Under the pieces are notes generated by a model. That model made no database searches. It saw only the letters and a list, made by a program, of their open reading frames with translations, and was not told the origin of the DNA. Shown piece after piece: positions 16,704-26,211 of a stretch of DNA of 64,000 nt. This DNA is from Dehalococcoidia bacterium (GTDB lineage: Bacteria > Chloroflexota > Dehalococcoidia > Lucifugimonadales > UBA1123): NCBI GenBank assembly GCA_034420955.1, contig DAOUKV010000024.1, forward strand, positions 83,443 through 147,442, read 5' to 3'. How positions within the stretch are numbered: the stretch's first letter is position 1; each line of letters opens with the position of its first letter. A program made the translations under genes and the position numbers.

Positions 16704-17054
16704 TTGACGATACTAATCAGCTTCGATATCGACGGCACGATGGAGGTGGGCGATCCGCCCGGCCCGCTCACGATGGAGATGGCTCGGATAGCTCAGCAGA
16801 AGGGGCACATCATCGGAAGTTGCTCGGATAGGCCGCCCAGCTCTCAGCGACGAATCTGGGAGGCGGCGGGCATCAAGCAGGACTTCGTCAGCGCAAAACA
16901 CCTGCTAGCGGACGTGAAAACCAAGTTCCGCGCCGACGCCTACTGGCACATCGGCGATCGCGACGACTTGGACAGGCAGATGGCGTTGCGAGTAGGCTTC
17001 GACTTCCTATGGCCGGACGAGGCGGCTGAGAAGGATTGGTTCGTAGCGGAATAG
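16704..17054 (+). CDS. Small HAD-superfamily hydrolase-like protein
   Basis: TTG start. The sequence has ISFDIDGT (HAD motif I) and IGDRDD (motif IV-like). Confidence 0.55.
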   Translation: MTILISFDIDGTMEVGDPPGPLTMEMARIAQQKGHIIGSCSDRPPSSQRRIWEAAGIKQDFVSAKHLLADVKTKFRADAYWHIGDRDDLDRQMALRVGFDFLWPDEAAEKDWFVAE

Positions 17055-17108
17055 CGATCGAGATCCTACTGCCAAGCGAGGCGCTATGCGCCGCCGGGAG
17101 CGGTAACT

Positions 17109-17894
17109 ATGGCTGACGACAACAGAGCCCAGGTGAATCGGCCCTCAGACCAAGAGATCGAACCAAACGTATTCCAGAAAACAGGCAACCACCTGCGGGG
17201 AAAGACGGTGGGCGGCCTGATGGAACTGCTGCCGCTGTTGATTACGATAATAGTCGTCGTCGTCATGGTGAATTACGTTGACTCCGCCGTCGTACCAATC
17301 TTGAAACTGATCACCCAGAACGATGAACTTCCTACCTTTCCTGGGCTAGGGCTGCTGGTGGCTATCTGCGTGTTCTACATAGTGGGCCTCGTGGTATCCA
17401 CCTCGGTAGGCAAGAAATCGTTAGAGTGGCTGATAGAGCTGGTAACGCACATCCCGGTAGTCAAAGGGATATTCAACGTAACTCGCCAGGCTACGACCGC
17501 GGTTACGTCCGAATTCGGGTTTAGCCGCGTGGTGTTCATCGAGTGGCCCCGAGACGGCATGGTCGCCATGGGGTTCGTTACGGCAGAGGTTCAGGCGGTT
17601 GGGCGCGAGTTGAACGATACGTTTGTGCTGGTGTACATCCCCACGATTCCGAATCCGACCTCCGGCAACATGGCGCTGGTGCCTCAGGACGATATTCTGG
17701 AGACCGACTTATCGGTGGACGACGCGATGAGGCTGGTGTTCTCGGGAGGGATAGTGCCGCCGGACACCTTCGCTCTTGCCAGGCTGCCCGAGATGTTCCG
17801 AGAGAGTTCGGGTTTCGAAGGCGCATTCGTAACCACCATTTCGCCAAGCATGAAGGACGCATCCGAATCCGACGAAGAAGTCGGGAAGGAGTAG
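17109..17894 (+). CDS. DUF502 family membrane protein
   Basis: 261 aa with two TM helices followed by the motifs HIPVVKGIF and YIPTIPNPTSG, which are typical of DUF502. Confidence 0.7.
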   Translation: MADDNRAQVNRPSDQEIEPNVFQKTGNHLRGKTVGGLMELLPLLITIIVVVVMVNYVDSAVVPILKLITQNDELPTFPGLGLLVAICVFYIVGLVVSTSVGKKSLEWLIELVTHIPVVKGIFNVTRQATTAVTSEFGFSRVVFIEWPRDGMVAMGFVTAEVQAVGRELNDTFVLVYIPTIPNPTSGNMALVPQDDILETDLSVDDAMRLVFSGGIVPPDTFALARLPEMFRESSGFEGAFVTTISPSMKDASESDEEVGKE

Positions 17895-17916
17895 GCAGGG
17901 GCTCGGTCGCGCGCGC

Positions 17917-20331
17917 CTAGTCCGCCGGGGCGGTTGAGAGTTGCGAGGCGTCGCCGGCGATGGCGTCGGCTCTGCTGACCGGGATGCGAATCGTCATCTC
18001 GGTGCCTTCGCCGCTCTCGGTTTCGACCAAGATGGAGCCGCCGTGACCACGCACGATGTCGGTGCACATGGCAAGGCCCAGACCGGTACCCTCGTTGGTG
18101 GGTTTGGTGGTGAAGAACGGGTTGAATATCTTGTCCACCACATCATCGGGGATGCCGCCGCCGTTGTCCCGTATGAGTATCTCGGCGTGTTCGTCTCCGA
18201 ACCGCGTACTGAGCCAAAGAGTTGGCATGTAGGCTCCAGGACTTATGGTGGAGCCGCCTTCGGCAAGACGCCGCTCGTTTGTGGCGTAGCATGAGTTGCT
18301 AACTATGTTCACTATCACCCGGCTAAGGTCCTGCGGGATGACGGGTATTTCGACCATGTTGTCATCGAGGTCGAACTGCATATCCAGTTGGAAGTCGGGG
18401 TCGGTCGCCCTCGCGCTATGGAAGGCTAGGCGAGCGTATTCGTCCAGAAGGTTGTTTATGTTGGTCGGATGGAATTCGGTCGAACCGCGCCCCATCGCCA
18501 ACATCCCGGTTACGATGCTGTCGGCGCGGTTGCTGTGGGATATAATGAACTCGAAGTTGCTTATCAGGTCGTCCGCCAGTTCAGCGATCAGCTCCAGGTC
18601 CGCATCTTCGCCGTCCTCCTCGGCCTCCTCCAGCACCTCCCTCAACTCATCGATCAGTTCTACTCCGCCTTCAGAGAAGTTCTTGACGAAGTTGAGTGGG
18701 TTTCTGATCTCGTGCGCTACGCCCGCCGTCAGTTCGCCGAGGGCGGCCAACTTGTCGCGCGCGACTATCTGATCTTGCGCCCGGTTCAATTCGGTCAGCG
18801 CGGTTTCGCGCTGCCGGACCACTTCCGCCAGTTCCACGTTCGTCGCTTCGAGCTGCTCGTTGAGGCGTCTGACCTGGTCTAGTTCGAGGGCGTCGAGCGA
18901 GTTCTGGCGGAAGATTTCCAGAGCGTACGCCATTGCCGCCACTTCGTCACGCCCGTCGGTGTCTATGGCTATTTCCTCCAGATCCTCGATATCGCCATAC
19001 GCCATGCGGCGCATGGAACCAAGCAGGGCTTCCAGGCGCACCAGCAGGAAACGTTGTATGAATATCCACGCCATGGACGCCGCGCCGATGACGGAGACGA
19101 CAGAAACCAAGACGATCCAGAATTTCGCGCTAAATACACTCTGGCTCGATGCGAGGGTCGCGGACTCTACGTTGTCGTTGGTCAAACCGACAAACACGTC
19201 CACGTCGCTCAGCAGATCAACAGCGATGGCGCTGTTGGCGGCGAGCAGTTCTCTACGCTCCCCGAACACCCGAAAGTCCGTGTTGAGCAAGCCCAACGCG
19301 CCCTCGTCTCCACTGCCCAGTATTCTGAGTTTTTCTATGAGCGGCGCCAAATCTTCTATGGCAAGCGTGATGTACTCGGAATCTTCATCGCCTACCTGTT
19401 CGAGTATTCCCATATTGTGCTCGATTCGCCTCATGACCGACACATAACGCTCTCGCAGAGGTTCCAACGCGCTCGGGGTAGATACGCCGAAGGCGCTTTC
19501 AAGTATATGCAATGCCGAGTTAGCGTCCGATGCGAGCGTGGACAAGAGGCGGTAACGGTTCAGTTGGGATGGCGTCAGGGACTCCTCTGCGGCGTCCGGC
19601 GGCTCCTCTGTACTGTAATAACCCGTCGTCATATAGAAGAACTGGTCGTCGGCGGCGGGTCTGAGCAACCCGTTCAAATCGAAGCTAAGGTCGTCTATCT
19701 CCTGACGCATCTCGCCCAAGCGGCGCGTTCGCGGGAACGATTGCACCATTCCCTCCTGTATGGCGTGGGTGTTGGAGATTAACTCGTCCACGTAGCCTCG
19801 CATACGATCGAAGCGCTCATTCCCAACGTTCTGGCCCTGGAGCAACGCAAGCTGGCTGACGAGCGCCTGGTGAGCTTGAGACGCCTCGTTAGAGACTGCC
19901 TGATAGTCCTCCGGGTTGGTGGTAGCCACCAGCCTGGGACCCGCGGCCACCAGTGTGTTGGCGTGCTGCGCTATTCCGAACGCGGCGGTCATCGCCGGAA
20001 TCGCCCTGTTATTGACGCCGTCCTGGATGCCCTCAACGTTGTTCAGAGCCAACCAACCCACAATACTTGCCATTATTGTGGCGATGACGAGTATGACGAA
20101 CCCGCCGTAGATGCGGAACGCGATGCGCGACGCGCGGATAGCGATGTAGCTCCATAGGCGACCAAACGTCGGCATCGGCAGGCGTCCAAGCGGTTCGCGC
20201 AGCGTATTCCGTCGCTCGGACTGGACCGGCGGCGCCGAAGGGGCTGCGTCCTCCGGTTGGGCAATATCTTGACCTGCCTCGCCTTGCCCAGCCTTTTCAT
20301 CATCGTTGTTGGCGCTTGGGTTCTCGTTCAT
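17917..20331 (-). CDS. Sensor histidine kinase (large periplasmic/extracellular region, HAMP, HisKA, HATPase_c)
   Basis: H-box [13 protein letters not shown]-box/G-boxes IRDNGGGIP and GTGLGLAM, and two TM segments. I place the start at ATG 20331, which overlaps the upstream stop as ATGA. Confidence 0.85.
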   Translation of the reverse strand: MNENPSANNDDEKAGQGEAGQDIAQPEDAAPSAPPVQSERRNTLREPLGRLPMPTFGRLWSYIAIRASRIAFRIYGGFVILVIATIMASIVGWLALNNVEGIQDGVNNRAIPAMTAAFGIAQHANTLVAAGPRLVATTNPEDYQAVSNEASQAHQALVSQLALLQGQNVGNERFDRMRGYVDELISNTHAIQEGMVQSFPRTRRLGEMRQEIDDLSFDLNGLLRPAADDQFFYMTTGYYSTEEPPDAAEESLTPSQLNRYRLLSTLASDANSALHILESAFGVSTPSALEPLRERYVSVMRRIEHNMGILEQVGDEDSEYITLAIEDLAPLIEKLRILGSGDEGALGLLNTDFRVFGERRELLAANSAIAVDLLSDVDVFVGLTNDNVESATLASSQSVFSAKFWIVLVSVVSVIGAASMAWIFIQRFLLVRLEALLGSMRRMAYGDIEDLEEIAIDTDGRDEVAAMAYALEIFRQNSLDALELDQVRRLNEQLEATNVELAEVVRQRETALTELNRAQDQIVARDKLAALGELTAGVAHEIRNPLNFVKNFSEGGVELIDELREVLEEAEEDGEDADLELIAELADDLISNFEFIISHSNRADSIVTGMLAMGRGSTEFHPTNINNLLDEYARLAFHSARATDPDFQLDMQFDLDDNMVEIPVIPQDLSRVIVNIVSNSCYATNERRLAEGGSTISPGAYMPTLWLSTRFGDEHAEILIRDNGGGIPDDVVDKIFNPFFTTKPTNEGTGLGLAMCTDIVRGHGGSILVETESGEGTEMTIRIPVSRADAIAGDASQLSTAPAD

Positions 20332-21707
20332 GGCATCGCGTCCTGTAGGGATTCGATGGCGTAGTAGTGGCCGTACTCGTCTATTGCCGCTATGAAAATC
20401 GCATTCGATCCCTGATTGTCGCCGTCGCCGTACTCCAGGCGAAAGCCTCCTATGTCTATCGGATCGCGGTTTATGATGGCGTCCATGAAACACTGCCGGG
20501 TTACGTCATCGCCGCAGCGCCGCAGCGCCTCGATCGCGAGACGCCCCGCCAGGTAGCCTTCCAGCGAAACGGGGTCGGGTTCGGGACGGGCCACGTTAGG
20601 GGCCATGGGTAGGCTATCGAGAGCCTGCCGGTACTCTGCAACGACGGGAATGGATGAGTGAGTGGGCACCGGCACTACTTGCGTAACGAACACGCCCGAT
20701 CCTTGAGATCCGAGTTGCTCAGGCAGGGCGTTGCTTCCGGCGAACGAGGTAGTCATGACCAGCGCCTTTTCGTCGCCAGTCTCGATGAGTCTAGTCCACT
20801 TTACCAGTGTGGCTACGGGGGCAGGAGTGCCGATGACGATGATCGCCTGCGGGTTGGACTCGCGAATGTCGAGGAGAGCGGCTTTGACCGCAGTGGTGTT
20901 GCGGGCGTAGATGCCGGTTCCCACGACTTTCATATCCCTTCTCGCCAGCGCCGCTACGACTCCATCCAGTCCAGCGCGCCCGAACGAGTCGTCTTGGTAC
21001 AATACGGCGATGCGACTGATGTCAAAGTCTTTGGTGAGCCGCTCGATCATCTCCTCAGTTTCGTCGTTGTAGCTGGCGCGGAGGTTGATCACGTTGGAAT
21101 AGGCTCCGTCGCGCAGGAAACCGTAAGCTCCGGTGAACGGGGCTATGAACGGTACGTCCGCCGCGGCGGCAATTGGAATGGCGGCGCGCGACGTCGGGGT
21201 GCCGACTTCGCCTATGAGCGCGAAGACCTTATCATCTTCAATGAGCGCCGTGGTGTTGGTAAGAGTGAGTTCCGGCTCATATCTGTCGTCTCGGAAGATC
21301 AGTTCCAACTTGCGCCCGTTCACGCCGCCCTGCCGGTTGACCTCCTCGAACGCAGCCTGGATACCGGCCCGCATATTCCATCCAAGGCTCTGAGTAGGTC
21401 CGGTAAACGCCGCCGACTGACCGAACACGATCTTGTCGGAGGTTACACCCGGCTCAACCTTCGGCTCGGGGGTGGGCTCCGGCGTCGGTACCGCTTCGAC
21501 TAATACCTCGTCTTCTGAGAAAGCGTTCAAGAGTACGAACAAGACGCCGACGATGAGCAGCAGCGAGACTACCCCTACGACGCCCAGGACGATCATCTTC
21601 TGACGATCGGCAAGGCCTCGATAGATGCCGGCGAGTTCACTCGCTCTACCGGTCAGATTCTCGTAAACGTTGGCTAGCTTGCTCATAATGCCGACGAGCT
21701 TGTTCAT
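20328..21707 (-). CDS. Membrane-anchored periplasmic substrate-binding protein (Leu/Ile/Val-binding, Peripla_BP_6-like)
   Basis: 459 aa with one N-terminal TM helix and a Pro/Glu linker, followed by IVFGQSAAFTGP...GEVGTPT as in type-I SBPs. It is translationally coupled to the kinase gene. Confidence 0.75.
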   Translation of the reverse strand: MNKLVGIMSKLANVYENLTGRASELAGIYRGLADRQKMIVLGVVGVVSLLLIVGVLFVLLNAFSEDEVLVEAVPTPEPTPEPKVEPGVTSDKIVFGQSAAFTGPTQSLGWNMRAGIQAAFEEVNRQGGVNGRKLELIFRDDRYEPELTLTNTTALIEDDKVFALIGEVGTPTSRAAIPIAAAADVPFIAPFTGAYGFLRDGAYSNVINLRASYNDETEEMIERLTKDFDISRIAVLYQDDSFGRAGLDGVVAALARRDMKVVGTGIYARNTTAVKAALLDIRESNPQAIIVIGTPAPVATLVKWTRLIETGDEKALVMTTSFAGSNALPEQLGSQGSGVFVTQVVPVPTHSSIPVVAEYRQALDSLPMAPNVARPEPDPVSLEGYLAGRLAIEALRRCGDDVTRQCFMDAIINRDPIDIGGFRLEYGDGDNQGSNAIFIAAIDEYGHYYAIESLQDAMP

Positions 21708-21718
21708 GGGGAGTCTTG

Positions 21719-22147
21719 CTAGGGGTCGGACCTGAACTTGACCAGTGTTAGCTGGTTCACACCGTCGGTTCGCTGATAGCTGGCTTCGTCCATGAGGGTT
21801 TCGACGAGATGCAAGCCAAGCCCGCCTACCTGACGCTCGCCCATCACCGAATCCACATCCGCGTCCGGGGCTTCGGTGAGTGGGTCGAATGGCTTGCCGC
21901 GGTCGCTAATCACGATGGTAACGGCGTCGGCGTCGGAGGTTAAGTCAATCTTGCACTCTTTCGAGTCGTCATCATCGTCGAACCCGTGCTCCAAGACGTT
22001 CAACACAAGCTCTTCGAGCGCGAGGTTTACCTTGAAGACCAGATCAAATGGCCAGTCTTCCCGGTCGGCGACGGCCTCCACCTCTTCGGCGATTGCGGTC
22101 AATTCGTCGCGCGCGGTTGTGATCGTAAGAGATAGCGCCTCAGCCAA
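21719..22147 (-). CDS. RsbW/SpoIIAB-like anti-sigma-type serine kinase (HATPase_c_2)
   Basis: 142 aa with LALEELVLNVLEHG (N-box) and GGLGLHLV (G-box). TTG start. Confidence 0.75.
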   Translation of the reverse strand: MAEALSLTITTARDELTAIAEEVEAVADREDWPFDLVFKVNLALEELVLNVLEHGFDDDDDSKECKIDLTSDADAVTIVISDRGKPFDPLTEAPDADVDSVMGERQVGGLGLHLVETLMDEASYQRTDGVNQLTLVKFRSDP

Positions 22148-22150
22148 CGT

Positions 22151-23311
22151 TCAGCCTCGGCAGATTGTCAAGCATGTAATGTCGTCGGATTGCGGGGCGT
22201 CGCCCGCGAACTCATGAACGGCGTTGAAGATGGCTTCGGTCGCCGCCTGTGGGTCTGTGGCGTGGGATGGGTCGGACTCAAACACTTCAACCAGGCGTTC
22301 TACGCCAAATTCCTCGGCGTCTTCATTCATCGCCTCGGTTACGCCATCGGTGTAGAGAACCAGCGTCTCCCCACGCTCGAGCGTGTAGGCGCTTTGCTCG
22401 AAGGCAAAGCCGTCCATAACGCCGAGCATTATCCCGCCGGTCTGCGGCAACAGGGTGGAGCTGCCGTCGGCGTGGATGACCAACGGCGGGTTGTGTCCAC
22501 CGTTCGCGTAGGTCAGTCTGCCGGTCTGCGGATCGAAGACGGCATAGACCAGAGTAACGAACATGGCGGTTTCGTTGTTTTCGACCAGGAGATCGTTCAC
22601 CGTGGTCAGCACTTCACCCGGATCCGGCAGGCCGATGGCGGTGCCTTTCAGCAACGTGCGAGACGACATCATAAACAGCGCGGCCGGAACGCCTTTGTCG
22701 GAGACATCGGCGATCGCCAAGCCGAGATGACCGTCTTCAAGCGTTATCACGTCGAAGAAGTCGCCCCCGACGTTGCGCGCGCTCTCCATGGAGCCATAGA
22801 TGCTGTATTGGTCGGTGGAAGGAAACTCGGTGGGCAGTATGGACTGCTGGATGGTGCTGGCGACATTCAGTTCGTTCTGGATGGCGACCAGTTGGTCGCG
22901 CGACTGCAAAGCGGCTTTCCACTCTTCGATGTGGCTCAGGGTGCGATCTATCGTAACCCGGAGGTCTCTGAAGTCTATCGGCTTGGTCACGAAATCAAAC
23001 GCGCCGCGATTCATCGCCGTTCGGATGTTGTCCATGTCGCCATACGCCGAAACGATGACGCACCTGATATCGGGGTCAACCTTCGGAATTTGTTCGAGGA
23101 GGGTGAGCCCGTCCATCTGCGGCATATTGATATCCGAGAGCACCATGTCGATGTCCTCGTGCTGGTTAAGCTTGTCCAGCGCGTCAAGGCCGTTGTTGGC
23201 GAAGACGAATTCGTAGCGTCCGGAACGGATGGCGCGGCGCATCCGCTGAAGCAATAGAGGTTCCAGATCAGGCTCGTCGTCAACAACCAAGACCTTGTAT
23301 GTGTTGTTCAA
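22151..23311 (-). CDS. Response-regulator receiver domain fused to PP2C (SpoIIE/RsbU-type) phosphatase
   Basis: The REC domain shows VLVVDDEP...DMVLSDINMPQMDG...SAYGD. The PP2C part shows GGDFFD...IADVSDKG...YANGGHNPP...LYTDGVTE. Confidence 0.85.
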   Translation of the reverse strand: MNNTYKVLVVDDEPDLEPLLLQRMRRAIRSGRYEFVFANNGLDALDKLNQHEDIDMVLSDINMPQMDGLTLLEQIPKVDPDIRCVIVSAYGDMDNIRTAMNRGAFDFVTKPIDFRDLRVTIDRTLSHIEEWKAALQSRDQLVAIQNELNVASTIQQSILPTEFPSTDQYSIYGSMESARNVGGDFFDVITLEDGHLGLAIADVSDKGVPAALFMMSSRTLLKGTAIGLPDPGEVLTTVNDLLVENNETAMFVTLVYAVFDPQTGRLTYANGGHNPPLVIHADGSSTLLPQTGGIMLGVMDGFAFEQSAYTLERGETLVLYTDGVTEAMNEDAEEFGVERLVEVFESDPSHATDPQAATEAIFNAVHEFAGDAPQSDDITCLTICRG

Positions 23312-23405
23312 GGGCGCAGCCCTCCTGCGCGTCGTGAATCACAAATTCACGCGCGGCGACAATCAAAGGGTTTTGCTGTACGATGAAGCCGTCAGGCCCA
23401 TACAG

Positions 23406-23744
23406 TCAATTTTTGAAGGAGGCGATAGCGTCTGGCTGTGAAGCCCGGACCGGAATGATCTTGTCGAAGCCGCTGATCTCGAACACCTCTCGCACAGAGT
23501 CTGTGAGCGAGCAGACCGCCAACTCAGCATTCTGCCTATTCAGCGCCTTGGCGGTGAGTAGGATGACGCGGAGGCCCGCGCTGCTGATATACGTGGTCTG
23601 CGCTAAGTCCAGAACCAAACCGCGGTCATCGGAATTGATCGCGTCGGTCAGCGTGTTCTGAAACTCTTGTGCGTTAGCTCCATCCACTCGGCCGTCTGCT
23701 ACGGCTATGAGAATGTCGTCTTGGCGGCTGAAGTTGAGCCCCAT
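23406..23744 (-). CDS. STAS-domain anti-sigma-factor antagonist (RsbV/SpoIIAA-like)
   Basis: 112 aa. The motif YISSAGLRVIL contains the conserved phosphorylatable Ser context of STAS antagonists. Confidence 0.8.
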   Translation of the reverse strand: MGLNFSRQDDILIAVADGRVDGANAQEFQNTLTDAINSDDRGLVLDLAQTTYISSAGLRVILLTAKALNRQNAELAVCSLTDSVREVFEISGFDKIIPVRASQPDAIASFKN

Positions 23745-23947
23745 CTCTCAATCTCCATCGGCTTTCACCTACGCGGGATTTATGCACAGGTGGTCGATAC
23801 TTAGAAGTGAAATGATGATACCATTGGGTTGCGGGGTAGTCAATACTTTTGGCCCTCATAGATTCTGTACAGCGCGCGGCGCGATTTGCTGTATAATTCA
23901 TCCAGACCCGCCGCTGATCGGGAGAACGGTAGAACTAGGAGAGTGAG

Positions 23948-24925
23948 TTGCAGGATCAGGAATTCGACGCAGCCAGGCACTTGGCGCAAAGGATCATAGA
24001 CAACGTAGAGAGAGTGATGGTGGGCAAGAGCGACGCGGTGGAGCTCGGCGTCATCGCGCTGATGTGCCAGGGACACGCTCTGATCGAGGATGTGCCCGGC
24101 GTTGGCAAAACGATGCTGGCGCGTTCCATCTCGCGCTCGGTCGGCTGTACATTCAAGCGCATACAGTTTACGCCGGACCTGCTGCCGACAGACGTTACCG
24201 GCGTATCTATATACAACCAGCAGAGCGGGGAGTTCGAGTTCCGGGCCGGGCCAATCATCTCACAGCTAGTGCTGGCCGACGAGGTGAACCGCGCTACTCC
24301 CAAGACGCAGTCGGCGATGCTGGAGGCTATGGACGAGCGGCAGGTTACCGTCGAGGGCGTATCCCACCGTCTGCCAAGCCCGTTCATGGTGATGGCGACT
24401 CAGAACCCGGTGGAGTACGAGGGCACCTTCCCGCTTCCCGAGGCGCAGCTCGACAGGTTTCTACTCATCATAAGGCTCGGCTACCCTACGGTAGAGGAGG
24501 AACTTGAGATAGTGGATCGACAGCAGATGGCGCACCCGATAGACACTCTCAGGTCGGTCGCCGACTCGGAGGAAGTGGTGAGCCTTCAGCGCAAGATACG
24601 GGACATCTACGTCGATGACCTGGTGAAGCGGTACATCGTCAACCTGGTGGAGGCGACGCGGACGAACGAGGACGTGGCGCTAGGCGCGTCGCCGAGGGCG
24701 TCGCTGGCGTTGTTCAGGGGGGGACAGGCCGTCGCGCTGATCCGCGGACGCGACTACGTGCTTCCCGACGATATAAAGGCGCTTGCATCGCCTATGCTGA
24801 GCCACCGAATGATCGTCTCAGCCGGCGCGCGTATGCGGGGCGTTGGCAGCGAGGAGATCGTCGAACGCATCCTCGAGCAAACCGCCGTGCCGGGCGGCCA
24901 GGCTCGCGGCGCGGCGGCGGGTTAG
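23948..24925 (+). CDS. MoxR-family AAA+ ATPase
   Basis: Walker A is EDVPGVGKT and Walker B is [31 protein letters not shown] is the MoxR signature. Confidence 0.9.
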   Translation: MQDQEFDAARHLAQRIIDNVERVMVGKSDAVELGVIALMCQGHALIEDVPGVGKTMLARSISRSVGCTFKRIQFTPDLLPTDVTGVSIYNQQSGEFEFRAGPIISQLVLADEVNRATPKTQSAMLEAMDERQVTVEGVSHRLPSPFMVMATQNPVEYEGTFPLPEAQLDRFLLIIRLGYPTVEEELEIVDRQQMAHPIDTLRSVADSEEVVSLQRKIRDIYVDDLVKRYIVNLVEATRTNEDVALGASPRASLALFRGGQAVALIRGRDYVLPDDIKALASPMLSHRMIVSAGARMRGVGSEEIVERILEQTAVPGGQARGAAAG

Positions 24926-24936
24926 GGCGATCCGAC

Positions 24937-26211
24937 GTGAAGCTGTCCATCAATACGCGGCTGTACCTGGTCATCGCCCTGGCGGCGATCGCGCTGTTCA
25001 CTGGGATGGCGACCGGGTTCGCGCTGTTCTACCGGCTCATATACATTCTTGGCATCGTCGCCGCGCTGTCGTTCGCATGGAACTGGTGGAGCGTTCGCGG
25101 CCTGGAAGTCGAGATAGACCGGCGAACGAGGCGGGCGCGCGTGGGAGACGAGATCGAAGAGAGACTCACCGTCCGCAATCGCAGCCCCTTGCCAAAATCT
25201 ACGCTCATCGTCGAGGACGTAACGGATATGCCGGGCTACTCGAACGGACGCGTGCTGAGCCTTCCGACCAGAGGATTCCGATCGTGGCGAACGATGTCGC
25301 CCGCCCGCAAGCGCGGCGTGTATAAACTGGGGCCGGTGCGAGTCTCGAATACGGACGCCTTCGGGCTGTTCAGGCGCGACAGGGAATTCGGGGAACAGGA
25401 AGACATTGTGATCTATCCGAGAACCTACGACCTCTCGGACTTCGAGCTGCCGCCCGGATACCTGACGGGCGAGAGTTCCGCGCGGCGCAGATCCCACGAC
25501 CTTACCCCACACGCCGCGAGCGTCCGCGAGTACGTCTTCGGCGACAGTCTGAGCCGCATCCACTGGCAGACGACGGCGCGCTCCGGGCGGCTGATGTCCA
25601 AAGAGTTCGAGCTTGGAATGGCGAGCGACGTCTGGGTGCTGGCAGACCTTCATCAAGAGGTACAGGCGGGCGAACTGGATGAGAGCACTGACGAGTATGC
25701 CGTGTCTATCGCCGCGTCGCTGGCGCAGAAGTACATACAGGCGCAGCTGCCGGTCGGTCTGCTGGCATATGGCGACGAGCGGTACTTGCTTCCCGCAGAT
25801 ACGGGAGCGGGACAGTACGAGCGCATCATGGAATACCTCGCCATGAGCAAGGCTGAGGGCGCCGTATCACTTGCTGAGGTTCTATCGAGAGAGGAACAGC
25901 TTTGGGGCACGCATAGCTCGCTGCTAATCGTTACGTCTTCTCACCGCGAGGATTGGACGGTCGCGGTCAGGGAGTTGATCAGGCGCAGAGTGCGGGTCGC
26001 GGTCGCGTTGGTGGACGGCCGGTCGTTCGGCGGCATGTTCGACACGCTGGGCGTAGTTCCGGCGCTCTATGATGCCGGAGTCGCTCCGTTCGTCGTTAGA
26101 ATGGGCGACGACGTGCCCATCGCTCTCTCCCGACCTTACACCGTGGAAGTGGCCGGAGATTTCGAGTCTGCCGCACAAGACGGGCGGGATGGCGAAGGGG
26201 CAAGCGCATGA
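24937..26211 (+). CDS. DUF58 (vWA-like) protein, MoxR partner
   Basis: Two N-terminal TM helices. The motif REYVFGDSLSRIHWQTTARSGRLMSKEFE is typical of DUF58. Confidence 0.8.
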   Translation: MKLSINTRLYLVIALAAIALFTGMATGFALFYRLIYILGIVAALSFAWNWWSVRGLEVEIDRRTRRARVGDEIEERLTVRNRSPLPKSTLIVEDVTDMPGYSNGRVLSLPTRGFRSWRTMSPARKRGVYKLGPVRVSNTDAFGLFRRDREFGEQEDIVIYPRTYDLSDFELPPGYLTGESSARRRSHDLTPHAASVREYVFGDSLSRIHWQTTARSGRLMSKEFELGMASDVWVLADLHQEVQAGELDESTDEYAVSIAASLAQKYIQAQLPVGLLAYGDERYLLPADTGAGQYERIMEYLAMSKAEGAVSLAEVLSREEQLWGTHSSLLIVTSSHREDWTVAVRELIRRRVRVAVALVDGRSFGGMFDTLGVVPALYDAGVAPFVVRMGDDVPIALSRPYTVEVAGDFESAAQDGRDGEGASA

